From: an uncultured candidatus Brocadiaceae bacterium | GTDB taxonomy: Bacteria > Planctomycetota > Brocadiia > SM23-32 | Assembly: GCA_964448935.1 (NCBI GenBank) | Contig: CAYVBE010000003.1 | Coordinates: 1 to 55,423, forward strand | Length of the DNA stretch: 55,423 nt | Direction of reading: 5' to 3' | Shown here: in pieces, positions 17,857 to 24,381 of the stretch | Numbering within the stretch: the stretch's first letter is position 1 | How the letters are laid out: each line of letters begins with the position of its first letter | Made by a program: the position numbers and the translations under genes | Notes under the pieces: generated by a model | Told to the model about the DNA's origin: nothing | The model's database searches: none | Seen by the model: only the letters and a program-made list of their open reading frames with translations

Positions 17857-18747
17857 TTACCGCTTTTTCCTTCCCGTCTTCAACAGGTCCGCCACAAACT
17901 GCCGATAGGCTTCCATGAACTCCTGCTCGATAGTGCCCTGGTTCATGTCGGCGCCCACTTCTGCGTATTTCTCCCAGTACTTCAACTCCCAGCCCTCGTA
18001 GATGCGCTTGCCGTCAATGCGGGCCAGCGCCTGAATCTCCGAGGGGGCGAACCGCGCGTGCCTGCTTGCAAACTTCTGCAGCGTGGGCTTCAGGGCGGCC
18101 AGCAGGGCCAGCAAAGTGCGCCGCAGGTGCGAGAGCAACGTCTCCAACTGTGTCGCGTCGTCGTCCGTGCCGCGCGCGAGGAAACGCTTCAGGACGGCCA
18201 TCATGTCGCCCTCGTAGGGCGCACCGCCCGACACCCCCAGGTTACCCCAGACCTTCTTCAGGTGCTGGTCCAGCTTGCTGCTGAACCACGCCAGCAGGAC
18301 CAGGGACCGCGCCATGCGCTCCGCCGGAACGGCCTCCACCTCCAGCACTTCCGTCATTGCCGAAGAGCCGGAGGAAGCCCGCCTGACCGGCAGGCCGGCC
18401 TCCGCCAGACGCCTCGCCAGGTCCTCCCGCGCCTCCGGAGGCAGGGAACCCACCAGCGCGATCAATTCGTGAAGCTGCTCCTCTTCGCTGACGGGGGGGC
18501 CAGGGGCCGGGGCAGCGTCCTTGCGGGCCCGGCTGCCGGGGAGCGCGCGCGGAAAGTGCTCGCCCAGCCTGTTCAGGAAACGGCGCCGCTCCTCGTCCGA
18601 TGCGCCGGCCAGCGCCCGGCGCACCTCCCGTGCCAGGTGCTTCCGCCGTTCCTCCGCCGGAGCGTCGGCAAAATCCACCTGCAGCAGGCGCAGCCTGTTG
18701 GCCGCCTGCTGAACCCGCCTGTCCAGTTCGCTCATCGCCTGAGGCAT
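17857..18747 (-). CDS. Fha/TagH-position protein resembling only the C-terminal part of TagH; no FHA domain
   Basis: 296 aa. Occupies the fha1 position of the H1-type order (fha-...-tssK-tssL-tssM-tagF). The C-terminus (SHLRRTLLALLAALKPTLQKF...FAPSEIQAL...KYWEKYAEVGADM...EQEFMEAYRQ) resembles the recalled TagH C-terminal domain pattern. No GR...SRxH FHA motif anywhere. GGGAGAAAGG Shine-Dalgarno upstream. Confidence 0.45.
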   Translation of the reverse strand: MPQAMSELDRRVQQAANRLRLLQVDFADAPAEERRKHLAREVRRALAGASDEERRRFLNRLGEHFPRALPGSRARKDAAPAPGPPVSEEEQLHELIALVGSLPPEAREDLARRLAEAGLPVRRASSGSSAMTEVLEVEAVPAERMARSLVLLAWFSSKLDQHLKKVWGNLGVSGGAPYEGDMMAVLKRFLARGTDDDATQLETLLSHLRRTLLALLAALKPTLQKFASRHARFAPSEIQALARIDGKRIYEGWELKYWEKYAEVGADMNQGTIEQEFMEAYRQFVADLLKTGRKKR

Positions 18748-18801
18748 TGCCTTTCTCCCGGCGGACCGACCGGCTCCACAAAGTCGCTAAGTTCGACCCC
18801 A

Positions 18802-18866
18802 TATATACTGCCGACGCCGACTTTTTGCAAGCCTATATCCCTCGGCGTTTACTTATTATATCCCTC
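18802..18866 (-). promoter_or_regulatory. Candidate internal promoter with an upstream direct repeat, ahead of fha-like-tssKLM-tagF
   Basis: On the - strand: TTGCAA (18830-18825), 17-nt spacer, TATATA (18807-18802). Two perfect copies of GAGGGATATA lie just upstream (+ strand TATATCCCTC at 18834-18843 and 18857-18866, 23 bp apart). This is the AT-richest patch of a 156-nt spacer. Confidence 0.4.
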
Positions 18867-18903
18867 CCACGTACAACTGTGACTTCCCCGCCGGGGCAAC
18901 CCG

Positions 18904-21900
18904 TCACCGCCCGGCGCTCTCGACAGCACTCAGGTCACTGCGCAAGTAGCCGGCATGTTCTCGCAGCGCCTCCCGCAGGCCCCATGCCAGCGACTCTCCC
19001 GTCGGGGAAAGCGCCAGCCGAAGCCCGATGTCCGAGTAATGCGTCGAGACGTCCTGCTGCGACAGGGGCTGGGCCTGGAGAGGGGGCACATCCGGGGAGC
19101 TGAGCGCCGACCCTCCCACCACGTAGTAGCGGCCGGCATCATCGCTCAGAAACTCCGCCACGTTCCCGATCAGATGGCGGAAGGGATCGCCTCGCGGAGC
19201 CTCTACGCTCTCGAACCACAAAACCCCGTCGCTGCCGTCGTAAGCTCCGGCGACGGCGGCGCCCAACTGCTGCCGGAACACGCCTTCGTTCGGCCACCGG
19301 GGCCGGACCATCTCCTCCTGCACGCGGCTTTCCACGTAGCGCCACTGGCGCGCGTAGGTCTCGTCGCGCAGGTTCCAGACCGCCGGGCTGATCTCGGCGT
19401 TCACCAGTTCGGCGGCCTTTCGCCATTCCGCCGGCGTCGGCAGACGGCAGTTCATGACCTCCCCGGCGAACTGCCGCGCACCCTCGGCGTTGATCCAGTG
19501 CATGGGGCAATCGCCCTGCGGGGGCGGCACGTTCAGCCCCTCCGGGTAGTCCGTCGTCCACTCGGGGTCGGGCGTGAGCCATCGGGTCCCCGTCGCGATG
19601 CGCTCCCCGTCCCATTCCCAGCCGCGCGGTCCCCTCGGGCTGCCACGGGGGTCGAGGCGGGGCTTGAGGGCGGGCCATTGGCCGGCAGCCTCGACCGCCG
19701 CTGCGAAAAGGGATACGGAGACCTCCCGCGTGGACAGATAGCCCGGCGGCGCCCCGTCCGGCTCGACGCGCACAAAGGTCAGCTGGTGGTCCGTGCCCGG
19801 CCACGAGTAGGCCACGCGCTCCGGAAAGCCGCTCTCGTCCACCCGCCACGCGCCCCACGCCACCTGCCGCGGACCCGCGGGAGGCGCAACACCGGGCTTC
19901 TCGTCATTCAACAGCGCGTTGACCTCACCCACGAGGCCCGCCACCGGTCCGGCCGCCTTCAGCCCGTCCGGCAGGCCTTCCACCGCCGCCAGGAAGCCCT
20001 CGGCCAGCGGGCGCGCCTTCTCCTCCGCCGGCAGCTCCGTGCCGGTCACGGCCTCCGACAACTCGTAGAGCAGGGCATCGTAGCGCGCCCAGGCCGGCAT
20101 CTGCTCCGCCGTCACGCCGAACTGCTCTCTCAGGTCCAGCGCGGCCTCGATCTCGTCGCGGTCCGACAACTGCTCGAAACCGCGCACCCAGCGGCCCGGC
20201 CGCGCCGCTTCACGCCCGGCCTGCAGCTTCTCGCTGCGGTCGGCGTCGGTCAGCCCGTTGATGAACCTCTGCGCCCTGCCCCGCAGCTCCAGCGCTTGCC
20301 GCAGGTCAGCCAGTCCGCCCGGCCAGGACACCTCGTCCAGCCGGCGCCAGGCCGTCACCACCAGTTCCACCCGGTCGGCGCTCTCGACCAGCCGCACAAG
20401 CTCGGCGGGGGACTCCGAAGCATCCGCCTCCATCAGGGCGTGAACGCGCCCGAGAACAGGCTCCAGCGCCTCGGCAACCCAGTCCCTGGTCAGCACGCCG
20501 TGGGCCCTCCAGCGCGCGGCTGTCTCGGCGATCGTGCTCTGCCCCTCGCCGGGCGACTCGTCGGGCCGGTAGGCGAGGTTCAGCAGGCGTTCCAGGCGGT
20601 CGAAATCGTCAACAAGCTGCCGCAGGTCCTCCTGGAACTGCGCGAACGCATCGGCCTCCTGCCGCAGCGCATCCGTGTTCGTCGGCCTGCCGTCCTGCCA
20701 TTCCAGACCTGCCAGGGCGTCGCGGAACACCGCCCGTCGCCCCTCGGGCAGGGCCTTCCGCAGGCTGTCTTTCCAGCCCGGCCCCGCCGGCAGTTCTGCG
20801 GCCGGGGGAAACATACCCTCGATCTCTTTCAGCGCCTTCTCGATCTCCTCCACCACCGCCCGGAGTTCCACGTAGCGGGTCCTGTCGGCCTCCAGCGTCT
20901 CCGCCGTCACGTCGGCGATGAGCCGGGCTCTGCGGCGGCGCCACTCCGCGTTGACCGCCTCCGAGCCGCCGATCTGCTCCTTGGAGCGGACCGTCTGCAG
21001 CCAGTCGGCCGGCGGCAGAACGGGCGGCACCTCGGCCAGGAAATCGTCCACGCTCTTCGACAGCTCGTCCCGCCTGTTGCGGATCGTGTCCTCGTTCTTC
21101 GCAACGGGCGCCAGCTTTGCGAAGGCGCCGATGTCTTCCCGGAGCCCGGGCAGCTTCTCCTTCAGGTCCCGGGACTCGGCCAGTCCGAGCTGAATCCCGT
21201 CCTCTATCTCCTTCTCGGCCGCATCCAGCTTCTCGTTCCACAGCCGCACGGTCTGCCCCGGGTCCACGCTCAGCCGGAAGTAGTTCGGCGCCTGCGCCAG
21301 CCAGTTCTCCAGGTCTTCCGCCGCCACCGACTCCGCCGGCAACTGCTCCTCGACCGGCCGGAACAGCTCCTTGTCCACCCTCTTCCAGTCCCCTTCCAGG
21401 AATTCCTTCAGGCGCCGTCCGACGGACTCGGCCGCCTCCAGCCTGGCCTTGAGGGCAAGGAGGCCCTCCTGCCGGAACTCAACCTGCGCCGCGGCGTATC
21501 GAGAAAACGCGCCGGCCACCTCGGAATCCGGGCCGGCGGCGATTTCCATCTCCAGCTTTGCCACGTTCTTCCGGCGCAGCACGACCTGCTGGACCAGCGT
21601 CACGTCCTCCTCGAGCGTCTTCAGTTCCTGCGCCACCCCTGCCAGGCTGTCCGCCGCGCCGGCCGCCATGAGCTTGCTCAGATATCTGGCAACCGCCCCG
21701 TCGTCGCCTTCCAGGGCCTTCGCAAGCGTGCTGCCCGCTTCCTGGATCGTGGTCACGTGAGCGTCCGCCTCCTGCAGCCACTCCAGGAAGGGCTGCGCGC
21801 CGGCCGCCTGGGCCTTCCGGGCCTCTTTGCGCAGAAGCGTCAGAAGATGCGGCAGGGAGCCCTGGCCCTCCTGCACGCTCCGGACCCGGCTCTCCAGCGC

Positions 21901-23163
21901 ATCCCATTGCCTGCGGACCTCGCACAGCACCAGCAGCTCGTCCACGGCGGGCCCCAGTTCCGCACAGAGATGCAGCTTCTGCAGGTGTCCTCGCACGGTG
22001 TTGGCCGTCTCCTGCCAGCCCAGCTCTGCGCAGGCGGCGGCAAAGGTCTCCATCTGGGCCGCCGCCGGCCAGGAGGATTTCGCCTGCTGCAGGGCTCCCT
22101 TCACCTCGTCCACGGTCTTCACGGCGGTGGTGTCGGCTTGCGGGCCGGACACGGTGGCCTCCGTGAAATCCACCCCCATCGCGCGCCCCCCCAGGATGGG
22201 CGTGACGACCTTTTCGTCCAGCCAGGGGTCCGCGCCCCAGCGTTCGCCCTGGTAGCGCTCGTAGACCGGCCCGAACCAGGTCCACGTCTCCACCCCATCG
22301 GTGTCCGCCCCGCCGTTCTGCCGTCCATCGCGCAGGACGAACCACGCCCCTGCCCCCGCAAGCGCCAGGACCGCCAGTCCGACAAGCACGTAGCGGAGCG
22401 GGGCTCTCTTCCCCTCCCGCAGGCCGTCGAGGGCCGCCGCCAGGTCATCCAGCGTCTGCAGGTCGGCGGGCAGCGAGGGCTGCAGCAGTTTGTTGCACAG
22501 TTCCAGCCACTCCTCGTGCCGGTCCCCCAGGCGGCGCCATTCGGGGGTTGACTCGACCGGCCACGGGGTGGTGTCCCGCAGTTCACGGTGGAGGACGAGC
22601 TGGTATATCAGCCGTCCGAAGGCGCGCAGGTCGCTCTCCCCGTGCTCGGCGCGTCTGAGTTCGGTATCCGGCAGCGGATCGGTGAGGAAGACGCAGGGGG
22701 CGGCGCCCTTTCCCACCAGCAGGTTGGAGGGTTTCAGGTTGCCGTGCGGACGGTCACCGGCCGCCTTGAGTTCCCGCAGGCCCTCCACCACGGAGTCCAG
22801 CAGGGAGTGGAGGTCCGGCCCGCCCAACCGGATGCGGCCGGTGATCAGGTTCTCGACGGACTGAGGGTAGCGGTCGGTGACGTAGTATGCGCCCTGCCCG
22901 TCCGCAGTGGAACCGTAATCATGGACGGGGGCCCAGCGCCGCGCGCCGGAAGCCACCACCTGCTGCTGCAGCCGTGCGGCCTGCAGCAGCGCCTGAGCCC
23001 TGGAGCGCTGGCCCTCCTCGTCCCAGAAAGCGGCCCCCGGCTCCTGGGCTTTGACCGCAAGTCCGTCCCCAGCCGACCCGTCCTTCGCGCGTGCAGCATA
23101 GACCACGCGGCCACCAACACGGTATAGTTCCCGGGTGGTCTCGTAGTCCCCAAAAACAGGCAT
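18904..23163 (-). CDS. PpkA-like Hanks-fold (probable pseudokinase) single-pass membrane protein with an FGE-sulfatase-terminated ectodomain
   Basis: 1419 aa. N-terminal kinase fold (LAVKA, YYVTDRYP, HGNLKPSNLL, FLTDPLP, SDLRAFGRLIYQLV). One TM helix. Then a ~1130-aa module colinear with the TagF-fusion ectodomain. GAGGAGG Shine-Dalgarno before ATG 23163. Confidence 0.8.
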   Translation of the reverse strand: MPVFGDYETTRELYRVGGRVVYAARAKDGSAGDGLAVKAQEPGAAFWDEEGQRSRAQALLQAARLQQQVVASGARRWAPVHDYGSTADGQGAYYVTDRYPQSVENLITGRIRLGGPDLHSLLDSVVEGLRELKAAGDRPHGNLKPSNLLVGKGAAPCVFLTDPLPDTELRRAEHGESDLRAFGRLIYQLVLHRELRDTTPWPVESTPEWRRLGDRHEEWLELCNKLLQPSLPADLQTLDDLAAALDGLREGKRAPLRYVLVGLAVLALAGAGAWFVLRDGRQNGGADTDGVETWTWFGPVYERYQGERWGADPWLDEKVVTPILGGRAMGVDFTEATVSGPQADTTAVKTVDEVKGALQQAKSSWPAAAQMETFAAACAELGWQETANTVRGHLQKLHLCAELGPAVDELLVLCEVRRQWDALESRVRSVQEGQGSLPHLLTLLRKEARKAQAAGAQPFLEWLQEADAHVTTIQEAGSTLAKALEGDDGAVARYLSKLMAAGAADSLAGVAQELKTLEEDVTLVQQVVLRRKNVAKLEMEIAAGPDSEVAGAFSRYAAAQVEFRQEGLLALKARLEAAESVGRRLKEFLEGDWKRVDKELFRPVEEQLPAESVAAEDLENWLAQAPNYFRLSVDPGQTVRLWNEKLDAAEKEIEDGIQLGLAESRDLKEKLPGLREDIGAFAKLAPVAKNEDTIRNRRDELSKSVDDFLAEVPPVLPPADWLQTVRSKEQIGGSEAVNAEWRRRRARLIADVTAETLEADRTRYVELRAVVEEIEKALKEIEGMFPPAAELPAGPGWKDSLRKALPEGRRAVFRDALAGLEWQDGRPTNTDALRQEADAFAQFQEDLRQLVDDFDRLERLLNLAYRPDESPGEGQSTIAETAARWRAHGVLTRDWVAEALEPVLGRVHALMEADASESPAELVRLVESADRVELVVTAWRRLDEVSWPGGLADLRQALELRGRAQRFINGLTDADRSEKLQAGREAARPGRWVRGFEQLSDRDEIEAALDLREQFGVTAEQMPAWARYDALLYELSEAVTGTELPAEEKARPLAEGFLAAVEGLPDGLKAAGPVAGLVGEVNALLNDEKPGVAPPAGPRQVAWGAWRVDESGFPERVAYSWPGTDHQLTFVRVEPDGAPPGYLSTREVSVSLFAAAVEAAGQWPALKPRLDPRGSPRGPRGWEWDGERIATGTRWLTPDPEWTTDYPEGLNVPPPQGDCPMHWINAEGARQFAGEVMNCRLPTPAEWRKAAELVNAEISPAVWNLRDETYARQWRYVESRVQEEMVRPRWPNEGVFRQQLGAAVAGAYDGSDGVLWFESVEAPRGDPFRHLIGNVAEFLSDDAGRYYVVGGSALSSPDVPPLQAQPLSQQDVSTHYSDIGLRLALSPTGESLAWGLREALREHAGYLRSDLSAVESAGR
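18907..19815 (-). other. FGE-sulfatase (SUMF1/TagR-type) domain, apparently non-catalytic
   Basis: YLSTREVSVSLFAAAV, CPMHWINAEGARQFAGEVMNCRLPTPAEWRKAA, HLIGNVAEFLSDD, VVGGSALSSP, YSDIGLRLA. No catalytic Cys pair. Confidence 0.7.
22333..22392 (-). other. Transmembrane helix of the PpkA-like protein
   Basis: YVLVGLAVLALAGAGAWFVL, preceded by REGKRAPLR, which fits an N-in topology. Confidence 0.7.
22459..23163 (-). other. Kinase-like domain with substituted catalytic motifs
   Basis: HGN replaces HRD (Asn codon AAC at 22738-22740). The Gly-rich loop is degenerate (YRVGGRVVY). DPL replaces DFG. No clear APE motif. Confidence 0.65.
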
Positions 23164-23193
23164 TTATCCTCCTCGACTCGCCCGGCAACCGTC

Positions 23194-23748
23194 TCAGTCT
23201 GCGGACGGAGCCATCGTCTTCATCAGTCCGCCCTTGGTAACCAAAACGTGCAGGGCCTTCGGCCAGAAAAGCGACCACCAGGGCCAGGGGCCCTTCAGGA
23301 TCAGGCGCCTGGGGTCCTGCTTGCCGGGACGGTCGGGAAAGCCGGGCAGGTTCGCCACCACGAAGACGTATCGGGCCTGCCGCTGCCTCCAGCGCCGTCT
23401 CACGCGCCTCCACAACTCCCGGCTTTCCCGCCACGGCCGCTGTAGATCGGCGTGGCCCCGGCCGAATGCCATCACGTAGGCATAGCCGAGGTCCGTGGCG
23501 CTCTCATACAGAGGATCGCCCGGAGAGAAGTAGCGGCTCATCGAGTAGTGCGCCCATTTCTGGTATTCCTCCTCGCTCACGCCGACCAGGTGGACCTCCG
23601 TGGAGACCTCGCGGAGGCCGGCGTGCATGCGCGCGTCAATCTGCGGCCCGACGCCGTGGGCCCGCACAAAAGAGCCGCACCCGGTGGCAGCCAGAGCAAA
23701 AAACGCGACCAGCGCCAGGCCACTCTTGCCGATGGAACGGCCGTGCAT
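23194..23748 (-). CDS. Lipoprotein, paralogue 2 (TssJ- or TagQ-candidate)
   Basis: Lipobox LAATGC after a hydrophobic signal. ATG 23748 has GAGAGG upstream; the ORF track extends to 23811. By eye more than half of positions are identical to the upstream neighbour (STEVHLVGV, GDPLYESATDLGYAYVM, YVFVxANLPGF, DPRR). Confidence 0.6.
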   Translation of the reverse strand: MHGRSIGKSGLALVAFFALAATGCGSFVRAHGVGPQIDARMHAGLREVSTEVHLVGVSEEEYQKWAHYSMSRYFSPGDPLYESATDLGYAYVMAFGRGHADLQRPWRESRELWRRVRRRWRQRQARYVFVVANLPGFPDRPGKQDPRRLILKGPWPWWSLFWPKALHVLVTKGGLMKTMAPSAD

Positions 23749-23850
23749 AACGTTACCTCTCATTCTCTCGCCACAGAACCGTCGGAGCGCACGCTCCGAC
23801 TCCTCCGCCATTCAGCCCGGTCTGCCGCCCGGCAGACGGACGACCCGGCG

Positions 23851-24357
23851 CTACCCGCCCGACGGCGGCGTCGCCCGGATGAGGCCGCCCTTTGTGATCA
23901 GAACGTAGACGGGTTTTCCGGGAATGTCCACGATCATGCGCCTGGGGTCCTGCTCCGCCGGCCGGTCGGCAAACCCGGGCAGGTTTGCCAGCACGAAGAC
24001 GTAATCCGCGCCGCGCTGAGCCCACTTCTCACTCACACGGTCCCACTTCTCCGGGTTATGCACCCACGGATGCTGCACGTCGGGCTGGCCGCGCCCGAAC
24101 TTCATCACGTAGGCATAGCCCAGGTCCGTGGCGCTCTCATACAGGGGGTCCCCCGGAGCGAAGTACTCGCTCACCGAATAGTACGCCCACCTCTGGTGCT
24201 CCTGTTCGGTCACACCCACCAGGTGGACCTCCGTGGAGATGTCGCTGACGGCCTCGTGCAGGCGCACGCCCACCCTGTTGGTGCCGCACCCGGATACCGC
24301 CAGCACGACCAGCGCAAAGAACAACAGCCCCTTCCTCCCGGCCAACCCCCACCTCAT
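23851..24357 (-). CDS. Lipoprotein, paralogue 1 (TssJ- or TagQ-candidate)
   Basis: 168 aa with signal peptide and lipobox (LLFFALVVLAVSGC). The size and the pattern EVHLVGVTEQEHQRW...YVFVLANLPGF...DPRRMIV loosely resemble the TssJ/SciN family. TssJ is otherwise missing from a cluster that has TssL and TssM. Confidence 0.6.
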   Translation of the reverse strand: MRWGLAGRKGLLFFALVVLAVSGCGTNRVGVRLHEAVSDISTEVHLVGVTEQEHQRWAYYSVSEYFAPGDPLYESATDLGYAYVMKFGRGQPDVQHPWVHNPEKWDRVSEKWAQRGADYVFVLANLPGFADRPAEQDPRRMIVDIPGKPVYVLITKGGLIRATPPSGG

Positions 24358-24381
24358 GCTGCGACCTCCCTTTGCTTCCTC

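Noticed and set aside
18955-22551. Very long + strand ORFs antisense to the T6SS/TPS genes: 18955-22551 (1198 aa), 13228-16092, 32664-35849, 44830-48078, 36894-38795, 8969-10375, 40506-42122 and 23452-25080.
   Set aside because: They are mirror ORFs typical of high-GC DNA. Their translations are Arg/Pro/Gly/His-rich with no motifs. Each is fully covered by a - strand gene with clear family signatures.
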